Shown one piece after another: positions 9,832 through 20,266 of a DNA stretch of 64,000 nucleotides (position 1 is the stretch's first letter; the number at the start of each line of letters is the position of its first letter). Below the pieces are notes generated by a model that searched no databases, had not been told where the DNA came from, and worked only from the letters and a program-made list of their open reading frames with translations. The DNA lies in contig JAVEDP010000007.1 of NCBI GenBank assembly GCA_030841085.1, positions 15,129 through 79,128 of the forward strand, given 5' to 3'. This DNA comes from Pyrinomonadaceae bacterium (GTDB taxonomy: Bacteria > Acidobacteriota > Blastocatellia > Pyrinomonadales > Pyrinomonadaceae). Position numbers and translations under genes: made by a program.

Positions 9832-9879
9832 GCTTTAGCTTGTCGTAACGTCGCGACAAACTAAAAAGTTTATCGGACA
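9822..9879. repeat. REP doublet (TGTCCGATAAGCTTTAGCTTGTCG family); supplies the ppa stop codon
   Basis: Inverted arms; partial copy at 14147-14190. Confidence 0.85.
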
Positions 9880-9893
9880 GTTGCGCTGACCCA

Positions 9894-10118
9894 CTACCAC
9901 GAACCCGAAATCGTTTCCTCAATTCCACATCTCTTACATGTCAACGTCCGCCGCGACGAGTCCTTCCAACTCGCTAGTGGCAAACCCGGATTCGCTTTTC
10001 CATCTGAATGTGAGGGCGAGCGTGGCGTCTGGAGGATTTGGCGTTCGGCATCTTCGGCGCTGCAATGTTTGCAGAGCCAGCCGTAACCAAGGTTGAAGAA
10101 GTGGTTGGTTTGGTCCAC
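9894..10118 (-). CDS. Small putative zinc-ribbon protein
   Basis: WLCKHC ... LTCKRC in 74 aa. Confidence 0.5.
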   Translation of the reverse strand: MDQTNHFFNLGYGWLCKHCSAEDAERQILQTPRSPSHSDGKANPGLPLASWKDSSRRTLTCKRCGIEETISGSW

Positions 10119-10126
10119 CAGAAGAA

Positions 10127-10216
10127 GGGGGTTGGGTGTCGGGGGTTGGGTGTAGGTTGCGAACCTCAGTTTCGCGTCAACATTGTCCGCTAAACCCTAC
10201 ACCCAAACCCTGCACC
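10127..10216. repeat. Inverted heptamer array pair (GGGTTGG/GTGTCGG ... CCTACAC/CCAAACC)
   Basis: Read directly. Confidence 0.85.
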
Positions 10217-10220
10217 ATTC

Positions 10221-11375
10221 TTATTGCCGGCGCCGAGTGTCCGGCGTTTCTGTGAGACGCACCGGCACCGACATCCGGCGACCATTCCGTAAAATCTGCA
10301 CCTGGACCTGATCGCCGACGGCGTGCTTGTTGAGTATGCGATAAAGTTCGTCAGTGTTCGCAACCTTCTCGCTGTCAATGCCGACGATTACGTCGCCAAC
10401 TTCCACGTCGCCATTTTCTGTTTGCGTCAATCCCCGCAAACCAGCGTTTGCAGCAGGGCCGCCGGGCGCAATCTGCCAAATCAAAACCCCCTCGGAAACC
10501 GGCAACTCAACCTGGTTCTTTAACGTGTCAACGTCGCGCGTGGTGATGCCCAGCTTGGGACGGCGAATCTCACCGGAGCGCAGGAGTTCCGGAACAATGC
10601 GTTTTGCAATGTTCACCGGAACGGCAAAACCAACCCCCGCCGATGCGCCCGAAGGCGACAGGATCTGCGAGTTGATGCCGATCATGCGACCGTGCGAGTC
10701 AAATAATGGACCACCAGAGTTTCCCGGATTAATGGATGCATCGGTCTGAATTGCGCCTTCAATTGGCCGGTTGTTGCGCGCGCGTATCGGACGCTGCAGC
10801 CCGCTGATTACGCCGGTCGTCAGAGTTCGGTCCATCCCAAAGGGATTTCCAATGGCCAAAACTTTCTGGCCCACTTCGAGCTTATCTGAATCGCCCAAAG
10901 GGATAATGGTCAAAGGCTCCTTCGGCATCTCGATCAGTTTGATTACAGCCAGATCGGTATCCGGATCGCCGCCGACTACTTTCGCGGCGTAGTTTTTTTG
11001 TCCACCAAAACTGACCGCAAGTTTCTGCGCGCCCTCAATCACGTGATAGTTCGTGAGAATGTTCCCGTCCTGATCGATGACCGAGCCTGAGCCCGAACCC
11101 TCCTGAGGTTCGACGAAGCCGAAGAAATCGCGGGCGTAGGAAGTTGAGTGAACGTTGACGACACCCGGCGACAAGGTGCGATAGATCTCGATGCTGTTTT
11201 GTTCGTCAGTGGCGGTTGCCGGATCGGTAATGCTGCTGGGCGCACTTTCGGAGTATGCCGCGTGGGCCGGCTGCAACCGATTTGAGACCCGGTCAACGAC
11301 CGCAATCGCGCCGGCTGCAAACAGTCCCGAAATCAAAGCAATCACCAGGATTTGACGTGCTGAAAGTCTATACAT
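10221..11375 (-). CDS. HtrA/DegS-like trypsin-family serine protease with PDZ domain
   Basis: GSGSG, TNYHV, DLAVIK, IQTDASINPGNSGGPL, C-terminal PDZ. Confidence 0.95.
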   Translation of the reverse strand: MYRLSARQILVIALISGLFAAGAIAVVDRVSNRLQPAHAAYSESAPSSITDPATATDEQNSIEIYRTLSPGVVNVHSTSYARDFFGFVEPQEGSGSGSVIDQDGNILTNYHVIEGAQKLAVSFGGQKNYAAKVVGGDPDTDLAVIKLIEMPKEPLTIIPLGDSDKLEVGQKVLAIGNPFGMDRTLTTGVISGLQRPIRARNNRPIEGAIQTDASINPGNSGGPLFDSHGRMIGINSQILSPSGASAGVGFAVPVNIAKRIVPELLRSGEIRRPKLGITTRDVDTLKNQVELPVSEGVLIWQIAPGGPAANAGLRGLTQTENGDVEVGDVIVGIDSEKVANTDELYRILNKHAVGDQVQVQILRNGRRMSVPVRLTETPDTRRRQ

Positions 11376-11652
11376 GGCTAAATTTCCTCTTACTTATTAA
11401 GTTGTTCCGCTGGTTATGAATCGTGTTAGTTCGATGCTAAAGCGATGCTGGCAGGTTGCGCGATTACACTTGCGCGTTGTTTGAACTCTGCCGCTAACGA
11501 CAAATCTAGGCCTATCTCAGAACGTATGCAAGCCCGCAGAAACCCGAATAGCTGCTTTCAGAGACAAGCATTCTTCAAACGTTTCGAAAGAGTTTGCGTT
11601 CCCTTTTTATTGGCGAAATTGCGCAGGTAGAAGCGCGCTTGGGAGGGGTGAA

Positions 11653-12021
11653 CTAAGCAAACATGGACAGGAAAGTCCTGGGCAGGCCGGCGAAATATGT
11701 AATGACCGTAACCGGAGCATGCCAACCGAGAGCCGAAAAACCAGTAGCGACATGCACAAACATCAGCAGCAAGTAGATGCCGAGCACTAACTTCATTCCG
11801 CGGCGGGCAATGGGAATCTCGGCGCAACGATAGAGGGTGTAGGCGGCAAGGGCGCCGATGGCTAGCTTGACCGAAAGAAACGAACTTTCGCTGTGATTGA
11901 GCAGGTGGGCCATGAAGCCATTTCCTTCGGTGGCCACGTTCAGGCGCACCCAAAGAATGGTCAACTGGGCGTCGAGCCAGTTAAGGGAGAACAACAAAAT
12001 CGCTTTGGAAAGTGCGCCCAC
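11653..12021 (-). CDS. Small membrane protein, DUF5658-like
   Basis: LNWLDAQLT...ATEGN.FM..LL...F..VK pattern; GAGGAG SD. Confidence 0.7.
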   Translation of the reverse strand: MGALSKAILLFSLNWLDAQLTILWVRLNVATEGNGFMAHLLNHSESSFLSVKLAIGALAAYTLYRCAEIPIARRGMKLVLGIYLLLMFVHVATGFSALGWHAPVTVITYFAGLPRTFLSMFA

Positions 12022-12285
12022 TCTTGCTCCTCAGAGAAACGTTGTTAAACTCACCACTCCTTTTACGCCAGAACCTCCACAACCGAAATGGTTGGGAGGC
12101 TCTGTCGCATACGGGAGGAACGAGACTCGTACCGTGGTGCTAACAAGAAAGTTCCAATACGGTTTCTGTTCCCCAAAATAGTGCAGAACGCCACCTGCGA
12201 CAAAGCGAAAAAATTACCAGGATTACTTGAGACTCATTATATAAGGACGACGGGCGCAGAACACAACCAGCACCGCCATCAAACA

Positions 12286-13149
12286 ATGTCCACATCGATA
12301 GCACAGGCGATATTACAAGGCGCGAACACACTGCGGAAGGGCGGCGTGCCGGACGAAAGGCGCGAAGCTGGTTCGTTGTTGATGTACGTTCTGGAGCGCG
12401 ACCGTAGTTACATCCTGACGCATGCGGAAGCTGAACTGAGCGATGAACAGGTTGAAAAGTTTATCGCTGCCCTTAACGAACGTGCGCGCGGCAAGCCGTT
12501 GCAATACATCACCGGACGGCAGGAATTTTTTGGCCTCGAGTTTGAAGTTAACAGCGACGTATTGATCCCGCGGCCCGAAACCGAATTGTTGGTCGAAGCG
12601 GCATTGGCGCTCGTTTCGCAAAATGGAGCAGCGTTTATTTGCGATGTCGGTACAGGTTCCGGATGCGTCATCGTTACGTTATTGCACAAGCTGTCGCTCG
12701 CACGAGCAGTCGCCCTGGACATTTCACCGGCAGCGTTGGCCGTTGCCGAGCGCAACGCAACACGACATGGCGTTCACGATCGTCTTTCGTTCGTTACTTC
12801 TGATTGCTTTGCGGGTCTTGGACCAGTGCCTGGCCCAGGCTTCGATTTGATTGTTTCGAATCCGCCGTACGTCGCCGAACGCGCGGTTGATGGTCTACAA
12901 AGAGAAGTGCGCGACTTTGAGCCGCGCGCCGCGCTCGTCTCAGGCGAGGATGGTTTGACAGTTATCCGGCGGCTGTTACTCGAGAGCGGCAACTATCTGA
13001 AAAGTGGCGGCGTGCTCATCTTTGAAATGGGGTTTGACCAACACGATGCTGTGCGACAGCTCATCGATGAAAACTCCTGGAAACTGCTTGAGATCTACCA
13101 TGATCTTCAGGGCATTCCGCGCACCGTTGCCTTAGCCAAGCGTGATTAG
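12286..13149 (+). CDS. prmC: Release factor glutamine methyltransferase
   Basis: PLQYITG, VLIPRPETELLVE, DVGTGSG, SNPPY; start moved to ATG 12286. Confidence 0.97.
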   Translation: MSTSIAQAILQGANTLRKGGVPDERREAGSLLMYVLERDRSYILTHAEAELSDEQVEKFIAALNERARGKPLQYITGRQEFFGLEFEVNSDVLIPRPETELLVEAALALVSQNGAAFICDVGTGSGCVIVTLLHKLSLARAVALDISPAALAVAERNATRHGVHDRLSFVTSDCFAGLGPVPGPGFDLIVSNPPYVAERAVDGLQREVRDFEPRAALVSGEDGLTVIRRLLLESGNYLKSGGVLIFEMGFDQHDAVRQLIDENSWKLLEIYHDLQGIPRTVALAKRD

Positions 13150-13258
13150 CCAAGCCCTCCTCAATAAGTTGTCACAATTCTCGGAACCACGGTGTTTAGT
13201 CGTCAGAACCGCGCGAAGAACAAACTGGTAAAATTAATTAACCGTTAGGAGACTACCA

Positions 13259-14089
13259 ATGAATAAGTGGCTAAGACGCAGTGCGTTCATCGTAACGCTG
13301 ACAATTGTGACCGCGTTATCAGCATTTGCGAATAAGGAAGGCGATAACGACAAGGCAATGACCTGCCGCGACGATTGGCATAGCGATCGTTTATTAAGTC
13401 ATTGCGAGATGAAAGAACAAACGTTGCCGGCGGCCGGCGCAATTTCTGTCGATGGCCGCCAGAACGGTGGCGTTTCAATCAAGGGTTGGGAGCGCAACGA
13501 AATATTGGCCCGCGCCCGAATTCAAACGGCCGCGCCGACGCAGGCCGAAGCGGACGCACTCGCTCAGCAAATCACAATTCAAACCGCCGGCGCCAAGATT
13601 TTCGCCAATGGACCGGAAAATCGCAGCGACTATTACTGGAGTGTGAGTTACGAAGTCTTCGTTCCGCGACGTTCTGACCTTTCGCTAACAGCGCACAATG
13701 GCGGCATCTCAATCAGCGACGTGCAGGGCCGGCTTGAGTTCACCGCAGTTAATGGCGGCGTGGCGCTAAGGCGTGTGGGTGGCACAGTGCACGGAGGCAC
13801 GACCAATGGCGGGCTATCGATCGAATTGACGGGCGACCGCTGGGACGGCGAAGAGCTGGACGTGAAAACAACCAATGGCGGCATCAGCATGTCGGTGCCG
13901 GAAAATTATTCGGCGCATCTGGAGACCGGCACTGTGAACGGAAATTTAAGTATTGATTTTCCTGTCAGCGTGCAGGGGCGAATCACTCGCGAACTCGCAG
14001 TTAACCTCGGCTCGGGTGGTCCGACAATTCGCGCCATGACTACGAATGGCGGAGTGCGCGTGAAACGCGGCAGCGGCAACCGATACTGA
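13259..14089 (+). CDS. Secreted DUF4097/adhesin-like beta-strand repeat protein
   Basis: Signal peptide; repeated T.NGG(I/V) motifs; AGGAG SD. Confidence 0.85.
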   Translation: MNKWLRRSAFIVTLTIVTALSAFANKEGDNDKAMTCRDDWHSDRLLSHCEMKEQTLPAAGAISVDGRQNGGVSIKGWERNEILARARIQTAAPTQAEADALAQQITIQTAGAKIFANGPENRSDYYWSVSYEVFVPRRSDLSLTAHNGGISISDVQGRLEFTAVNGGVALRRVGGTVHGGTTNGGLSIELTGDRWDGEELDVKTTNGGISMSVPENYSAHLETGTVNGNLSIDFPVSVQGRITRELAVNLGSGGPTIRAMTTNGGVRVKRGSGNRY

Positions 14090-14111
14090 GTTCGGAATTT
14101 ACCTTAAACAT

Positions 14112-14147
14112 GACGCGGCGTTCTTAATTGAGCGCCGCGTTATTTTT
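14112..14147 (+). terminator. Rho-independent terminator
   Basis: GACGCGGCGTTC-ttaatt-GAGCGCCGCGTT followed by ATTTTT. Confidence 0.75.
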
Positions 14148-14225
14148 GTCCGATAAGCTTCAGCTTGTCGTAACGCGACGATAAAACTAAAGGAGGTTCT
14201 GAATAAATTAGTGAAAACTTTGTAC

Positions 14226-14463
14226 TAAGCCCGCGAAGCGCGGCGATAGCATAAAGCCTGGGGTGGAGCGGAGCGAAACCCCAGGATCGTTCAACAAAAA
14301 AGGAAGAGCCCACGAAGTGGGTGACGGTCGTTTAGGGACAGTAAATCGTAGGGTTTACGCTATCGCACGCTCCGCGCGCTTGGGGGCTTTTTACTATCGG
14401 TGTCCTGGGGTTCCGCTTCGCTACACCCCAGGCTTTACGCTGACGCCGCGCTTCGCGGGCTTA
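14226..14463. repeat. About 240-bp MITE-like element
   Basis: TAAGCCCGCGAAGCGCGGCG ... CGCCGCGCTTCGCGGGCTTA termini with internal CCTGGGG..CCCCAGG hairpins in both arms. Confidence 0.88.
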
Positions 14464-14592
14464 ATACAAGTTGTTCATTGCCTGAATCAGATCTTCCGAC
14501 AAGTTAATCGGACACTTCCGATGATCTGATTCGCCACTAACTGCCGCTTACGTCCGCTTTAACGTTTCCTGGTTTTAATCTAATCTGTCGGA

Positions 14593-15915
14593 GTGGATAA
14601 ATTTCGGATCAGCGGCGGACGCGCGCTCCAGGGTCGTATCTCCATAAGCGGCGCCAAAAACTCGGCGCTGCCCTGCATGGCCGCTGCCTTGCTAAGTGCT
14701 GAAACGGTTACGCTGCACAATCTTCCTTACGTTCGCGACATCATCACGCAACGTCGCCTGCTTGAAGACCTCGGCGCAACTGTGCTCACGCCAGAACTCC
14801 GCACGCATAAGATAAGCGCAAACCACATAGAAATATTTGAAGCGCCTTATGAACTTGTAAGGACCATGCGCGCGTCGGTGCTGGCGCTTGGTCCATTACT
14901 GGCGCGGTTTGGTAAAGCCAAAGTTTCGTTGCCCGGTGGCTGCGCCATCGGCACGCGCCCGATTGATCTTCATTTGAAAGCGTTTGAGAAATTGGGCGCC
15001 GAAGTTCGGCTCGAAGCCGGCAACGTAATCGCGCGCGCCCCCAAGGCCGGACGTCTAATCGGCGCTGAGATTCATTTTGATAAGGTGACCGTAACCGGCA
15101 CCGAAAATTTGTTGATGGCAGCGACGCTGGCAAGCGGCACGACCGTAATGCACAACGCCGCCTGCGAACCTGAGATTAGCGATCTGGCGGATCTACTCAA
15201 CAAGATGGGCGCACGTATTAGCGGCGCCGGGACAAGCACTATAACGATCGAAGGCGTCGAAGCGCTTGGCCCAGCCGAACACACGATCATTCCGGATCGC
15301 ATTGAGACCGGCACCTTCATTGCCGCGGCCGCCATCACCCGCGGCGAACTGGAAATCAGGGATTGCCGCCCGGACCATCTGGCCGCCGTGATTGACAAGT
15401 TTCGCGAGGTCGGCGTTGAGATTGAGGAACTCAATCCCAGGACGTTGCGCGTTTCCGGCCGTAACGACCTGAGCGCCAAAGATGTAACCACGCAACCGTA
15501 TCCGAAGTTTCCTACCGACATGCAGGCCCAGTACATGGCGCTGATGACGCAGGCAACCGGCAGCGCGGTTATTGAAGAGACAATTTTTGAGAACCGCTTT
15601 ATGCATGGGTCGGAAATGCAGCGCATGGGCGCGAACATTTTTATTGACGGGCACAGCGCTACCGTCAGCGGCCCGACACCGTTAAACGGCGCGCCGTTGA
15701 TTGCTTCTGATTTGCGCGCTTCAGCGTCACTGGTGCTGGCTGGTCTGGTAGCAAAAGGCGAAACGATGATCGACCGCGTCTATCACATCGACCGGGGCTA
15801 TGAAAGAATTGAAGCGAAGCTGCGCGCAATAGGCGCGGACATCGAGCGCATTCGCGAGTCGGTGACGGCGCCGCTGTCGCTGGCGACGACGCCCGCATTG
15901 CCGGCTGAGGCGTAA
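14593..15915 (+). CDS. murA: UDP-N-acetylglucosamine 1-carboxyvinyltransferase
   Basis: GAKNSALP, MRAS, LPGGCAIGTRPIDLH, FPTDMQ, DLRAS, HIDRGYE. Confidence 0.98.
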   Translation: MDKFRISGGRALQGRISISGAKNSALPCMAAALLSAETVTLHNLPYVRDIITQRRLLEDLGATVLTPELRTHKISANHIEIFEAPYELVRTMRASVLALGPLLARFGKAKVSLPGGCAIGTRPIDLHLKAFEKLGAEVRLEAGNVIARAPKAGRLIGAEIHFDKVTVTGTENLLMAATLASGTTVMHNAACEPEISDLADLLNKMGARISGAGTSTITIEGVEALGPAEHTIIPDRIETGTFIAAAAITRGELEIRDCRPDHLAAVIDKFREVGVEIEELNPRTLRVSGRNDLSAKDVTTQPYPKFPTDMQAQYMALMTQATGSAVIEETIFENRFMHGSEMQRMGANIFIDGHSATVSGPTPLNGAPLIASDLRASASLVLAGLVAKGETMIDRVYHIDRGYERIEAKLRAIGADIERIRESVTAPLSLATTPALPAEA

Positions 15916-15987
15916 TGCAAGCTTTTAATTTGATTTTGGATGTAACGCAAACTGTAAGTTCGCGCTTCTTGCTTCTGTTTTTGAGAT

Positions 15988-16072
15988 GTAAAGCAAACTG
16001 TTAGTTTGCGATGGCTCGTTGCCATCCAACTTAAATTCTCCGCAGCCACCGCAAACTGACAGTTTGCTTTAC
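15988..16072. repeat. REP doublet (GTAAAGCAAACTGTTAGTTTGCG family)
   Basis: Inverted 23-nt arms; copies at 31603-31725, 50247-50344, 50659-50756. Confidence 0.92.
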
Positions 16073-16081
16073 AAAAATATT

Positions 16082-16432
16082 ATGCCAGAACCAGACTGCC
16101 TATTCTGCCGCATCATTGCCCGGGAGATTCCCGCGGAGTTCGTAAAGGAAGATGATCGCGCGGTAGTTATCAGTGACCTCAATCCGCAGGCGCCAACCCA
16201 CCTTCTGGTTATTCCGCGCGCGCATCTCGACTCGCTTGATGACGCTTCACAAAAAGACGAGGCCCTGCTCGGCCATCTGTTACGTGTCGCCGCCCAGGTT
16301 GCCAACGCCGCCGGCCTTGATGAGAGCGGCTACCGCACAGTCATCAATACCGGCGCGGGCGCGGGCCAGTCAGTTTTTCATCTTCATGTCCACGTGCTTG
16401 GCGGACGGCCGTTGAACTGGCCACCGGGTTAA
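16082..16432 (+). CDS. Histidine triad nucleotide-binding protein
   Basis: DCLFCRII, PQAPTHLLVIP, GQSVFHLHVHVLGGR. Confidence 0.95.
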   Translation: MPEPDCLFCRIIAREIPAEFVKEDDRAVVISDLNPQAPTHLLVIPRAHLDSLDDASQKDEALLGHLLRVAAQVANAAGLDESGYRTVINTGAGAGQSVFHLHVHVLGGRPLNWPPG

Positions 16433-16437
16433 CGCTG

Positions 16438-16494
16438 GTGGCACAGACTTTAGTCTGTGGCTGCCAGGGAATCACAGACTGAAGTCTGCTCCAC
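16438..16494. repeat. REP doublet (GTGGCACAGACTTTAGTCTGTG family)
   Basis: Copies at 26453-26554, 35929-35984, 62635-62694. Confidence 0.9.
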
Positions 16495-16670
16495 CGATTA
16501 AGCCTCGCAACGTCTTTTAAAAATTTGCAACGCATTTTTCTGAACCTCTTTATTCGCGATGCGTGTAACGAAGCAAACGTTTGCGTCATCGAAGGCGCGC
16601 TGACGTTGGATTCTTCTGTCTTCCCACTCGACCTCAGTCGCGTATTCACGTAGTTAGGATCAGGAGGCTT

Positions 16671-17351
16671 ATGTTAAGGAAAACTTTTACGACAGCGTTG
16701 TTGACGGCAACATTGTTTGCTGCATCGGCAATTATCCAAGCCCAGTCTGGCGACCGGAAATTTGAGATTGGCGCGCAGGGTTCGCTGTTACGCGTGCCGG
16801 CGCGCACGTTCACGACCGTAGCCGCGACGATCAACTTCAATGAAGACCAGAAGAACGATTGGGGATTTGGCGGACGGTTCGGTTACAACTTTTCTCGCCA
16901 CATCGGAATTGAAGCGGAGGGTAACTTTTTCCCGCGCGATCGCGCTATCGATGGCGGGCGCAAGCTGCAGGGATTGTTCGGCGCGAAAATCGGCCAGCGG
17001 TTCGAGAAGGGTGGCTTGTTCCTCAAGGCGCGGCCCGGTTTCGTTCGCTTCAGTCGCGGCCAGTACCAATTTTCAACAGGAGGTTGTCCGACAGTTTTCC
17101 CGCCGCCGATTGGTTGTTTTCAACCGCGAGCAACGACCAATCTTGCTTTCGACATTGGGGCCGTTGGCGAAGTTTATCCCAGCAAGAACACAATCATCCG
17201 CTTCGATGCCGGCGATACGATGATTCGCTTCAGCAGTCAACGACAAGTGGTCGCAGTCGATCCCGCTACTGGCGGTTTGGTGGTCTTACCAGCAGCGGCA
17301 GCCACGAAACATAACCTTCAGACGAGCTTTGGTTTTGGATATCGGTTCTAA
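16671..17351 (+). CDS. Outer-membrane beta-barrel protein
   Basis: AGGAGG SD, signal peptide, amphipathic strands, C-terminal GFGYRF. Confidence 0.85.
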   Translation: MLRKTFTTALLTATLFAASAIIQAQSGDRKFEIGAQGSLLRVPARTFTTVAATINFNEDQKNDWGFGGRFGYNFSRHIGIEAEGNFFPRDRAIDGGRKLQGLFGAKIGQRFEKGGLFLKARPGFVRFSRGQYQFSTGGCPTVFPPPIGCFQPRATTNLAFDIGAVGEVYPSKNTIIRFDAGDTMIRFSSQRQVVAVDPATGGLVVLPAAAATKHNLQTSFGFGYRF

Positions 17352-17395
17352 CTGAAGTTATCGATACGCCGAAACGTCTTGGGAACGTCGTAATT

Positions 17396-17746
17396 TTAGT
17401 TACCAAGGATGATCCTCAATGCATCCTCGACGGCGGAAAGATCCGCTGAACCAAGCCGGCCTAATCTTCGGATGACTAAAGACTTCTCGATGGTGGCGAG
17501 AATTGGCTTGCTCGTGGAAGCCTTAAGTAAACCCGCAGCCTTCCAGTCAGTGACAACGACTTCGCCCAGTCGGTAGTAACCGGACAACTGGCTGGTTACC
17601 GCCATCACAATTAGATCCGGTCTCCCGTTATTGTATTGATTGGAGCTAACTACAACGGCGGGGCGTTTCTTGGCCGCAGTTTGATCGGTGAAGGGGAATG
17701 GAACAAGGACAACGTCACCGAATTTATAGTTTGTCGTATTCGGCAT
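17396..17746 (-). CDS. PemK/MazF family toxin
   Basis: GDVVLVPFPFTD...KKRPAVVVS...DLIVMAVTS. Confidence 0.9.
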   Translation of the reverse strand: MPNTTNYKFGDVVLVPFPFTDQTAAKKRPAVVVSSNQYNNGRPDLIVMAVTSQLSGYYRLGEVVVTDWKAAGLLKASTSKPILATIEKSLVIRRLGRLGSADLSAVEDALRIILGN

Positions 17747-17915
17747 CCTCTGAATTGTTCCAAACCGCCGCAAACGCCGGCTCTGATACCTTCGCGGCCG
17801 CTTCAACCAAAAGCCGATCGTCGCGATGTGCGAGGAAATCTATGAAATCGACGACTTCTGCGATCTTATCCGGCGGCAGTGCTTTTATCTTTTCGATTAG
17901 CTCTTTGTCTTGCAT
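17724..17915 (-). CDS. Antitoxin, DUF2281-like
   Basis: LIEKIKALPPDKIAEVVDFIDFL ... VWNNSEDAEYDKL; overlaps the toxin start. Confidence 0.8.
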   Translation of the reverse strand: MQDKELIEKIKALPPDKIAEVVDFIDFLAHRDDRLLVEAAAKVSEPAFAAVWNNSEDAEYDKL

Positions 17916-18015
17916 GGTGTTTGAATCAATCTTATTACTGAAGAACAGCAACGCCAAATAGATTACCGGTCGGCTTCTGCCTTGGGCAGCGTCCTGATGC
18001 TACTTATGGTTCGGC

Positions 18016-19875
18016 CTACAAACGACAGATCAGCAGCTCGCGTTCGTAGATCGTTTCCGGCGGCAGTCGATCGTGTAACTCAATAAACAGCTCTTCGTGT
18101 CCCACCACTTCCTGGCGCCAGGCGTCGCGATCGAATGCCTGCAACTCTTCAAACTTCTCTTTGGGAAACTCCAGCCCGCTCCACTCGATGTCTTCGTAAT
18201 GAGGCACCCAGCCAATAGGAGTTTCGCAAGCGAGCGCGCGTCCGCGTGCGCGATCGACAATCCATTTCAGCACGCGCATGTTCTCGCCAAATCCCGGCCA
18301 CATAAAGTTTCCGTCTTTGTCTTTGCGAAACCAGTTCACATGAAAAATCCGCGGCGTCTCGGTCAGTGAGCGCTGCATGCGGATCCAATGCCGAAAATAA
18401 TCGCCCATGTGATAGCCGCAGAAAGGCAGCATGGCCATTGGGTCGCGACGCACCTTGCCGATGGTGCCCGCAGCGGCAGCGGTCATCTCCGAACCCATGG
18501 TCGCGCCGATGTAAACTCCCGAGCTCCAATTGAACGACTGATAGACGAGCGGCATCGTCGTCGCCCGCCGTCCGCCAAAAATGATCGCGCTGATCGGCAC
18601 ACCGCTGGGATTTTCCCAATCCGGATCGATCGTCGGGCACTGCGAAGCGGGAGCAGTAAAGCGAGCATTTGGATGCGCCGCTTTCGCGCCTGTCTCTTTC
18701 GCGATTTGAGGCGTCCACTTTTGCCCGCGCCAGTCGAGACATTCCGCAGGTGGCTCGTCGGTCATGCCTTCCCACCAGACGCCGCCTTCCGGCGTCAGCG
18801 CGACGTTGGTGAAAATAGAATTCGTCGCCAGCGTGGCCATGGCGTTGGGATTCGTTTTGACTGACGTGCCGGGCGCTACTCCAAAAAAGCCGGCCTCGGG
18901 ATTGATAGCACGCAAGCGCCCATTCTCGTCAGGTTTGATCCAGGCGATGTCATCGCCGACGGTCCAAACTTTCCAGCCTTCGAAACCTGCGGGCGGAATG
19001 AGCATCGCGAAATTTGTTTTGCCGCAAGCGCTGGGAAACGCGGCGGTCACGTAAGTCTTTTCACCTTGCGGATTCTCAACGCCGACGATCAGCATGTGTT
19101 CGGCCAGCCAGCCTTCATCGCGGGCAATGTTGGAAGCGATGCGCAGCGCGAAACATTTCTTCCCGAGCAAGGCATTCCCACCATAGCCGGAACCGTACGA
19201 CCAAATCTCGCGCGTCTCGGGAAAGTGAACGATGTACTTCTCTTTGTTGCAGGGCCACGGCACATCCGCCTGCCCGGCTTCAAGCGGCGCGCCAACTGAA
19301 TGCATGCAGGGCACGACGCGTTTGTAGTCCTTATCAATCTCGGCGTAAACCGGCAAACCAATGCGCGCCATGATGCGCATGTTGACCACTACATAAGGAG
19401 AATCAGTAAGCTGAACGCCAATCTGCGACATGGGCGAACCGATTGGTCCCATGCTGAATGGCAGCACGTACATGGTGCGCCCGCGCATTGAACCGTCGAA
19501 AAGTTCTTTCAGCTTCCGGCGCATCTGATACGGCTCTTCCCAATTGTTCGTCGGCCCGGCCGCATCTTTTGAAAGTGAACAAATGAAGGTGCGGTCCTCG
19601 ACACGGGCAACATCGCTCTGGTCCGAACGCGCGTAGTAACAACCGGGCCACAGCTCTTCATTGAGTTTGGTGAATGTGCCGCCGGCCACCATCTGCGCTT
19701 TGAGTGCCTCGTCTTCGTCGCGCGAGCCATCGACCCAGTGAATCGTGTCCGGCTTAGTCAAACCAGCCATCTTATCGACCCAGTTGAGCAGATGAGTGTT
19801 GGTGCTCAACGGCACAGTCGGGTTGCGATTGCTGGACCCACCTTTCTCAGTCGTTGCAGTGCGAATTGAAGTCAT
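18016..19875 (-). CDS. pckG: Phosphoenolpyruvate carboxykinase (GTP)
   Basis: [49 protein letters not shown]. Confidence 0.97.
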   Translation of the reverse strand: MTSIRTATTEKGGSSNRNPTVPLSTNTHLLNWVDKMAGLTKPDTIHWVDGSRDEDEALKAQMVAGGTFTKLNEELWPGCYYARSDQSDVARVEDRTFICSLSKDAAGPTNNWEEPYQMRRKLKELFDGSMRGRTMYVLPFSMGPIGSPMSQIGVQLTDSPYVVVNMRIMARIGLPVYAEIDKDYKRVVPCMHSVGAPLEAGQADVPWPCNKEKYIVHFPETREIWSYGSGYGGNALLGKKCFALRIASNIARDEGWLAEHMLIVGVENPQGEKTYVTAAFPSACGKTNFAMLIPPAGFEGWKVWTVGDDIAWIKPDENGRLRAINPEAGFFGVAPGTSVKTNPNAMATLATNSIFTNVALTPEGGVWWEGMTDEPPAECLDWRGQKWTPQIAKETGAKAAHPNARFTAPASQCPTIDPDWENPSGVPISAIIFGGRRATTMPLVYQSFNWSSGVYIGATMGSEMTAAAAGTIGKVRRDPMAMLPFCGYHMGDYFRHWIRMQRSLTETPRIFHVNWFRKDKDGNFMWPGFGENMRVLKWIVDRARGRALACETPIGWVPHYEDIEWSGLEFPKEKFEELQAFDRDAWRQEVVGHEELFIELHDRLPPETIYERELLICRL

Positions 19876-19932
19876 GGGCATCTCCAAAATAATTAAATCA
19901 AAACGGGTGACGGAACATTGCGAGCGGACAAT

Positions 19933-20175
19933 TTAATCGGCTGCGTTTTGAGCAATGCGGCGTTCGTGGGCCAACTCGCGCAGGGCAACTGACAGGTCGC
20001 GAGCCGCGCGTTCGATGCGATCGGCGACAGCTTCGAGCGAATCGACCTCAGCCGATTGGATAGCGACGACCGAGAGCGCCTCCTCGATCAGTTCAATCAC
20101 GCGCGTTGCTTCTGTTTCAGTTTCCTGCTCGCCGCGCGTCAGCGGGCGAACAACAGTCTTTGGTTCCATGCTCAA
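19933..20175 (-). CDS. Small helical hypothetical protein
   Basis: 80-aa ORF with coiled-coil character filling an intergenic gap. Confidence 0.6.
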   Translation of the reverse strand: MSMEPKTVVRPLTRGEQETETEATRVIELIEEALSVVAIQSAEVDSLEAVADRIERAARDLSVALRELAHERRIAQNAAD

Positions 20176-20266
20176 TATGAATCGCCCTTAATTAGATTCG
20201 TTAAGCTAAACTCTTACAACACTGAGGCCATTGGAAGCAAGCGGGCCAAGAGTACGGGAAAGATCA

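Noticed and set aside
14263..14529. ORFs 14263-14529, 4097-4291, 8179-8643, 913-1134 and 20902-21429
   Set aside because: They are translations of repeat elements or shadow real genes on the opposite strand.
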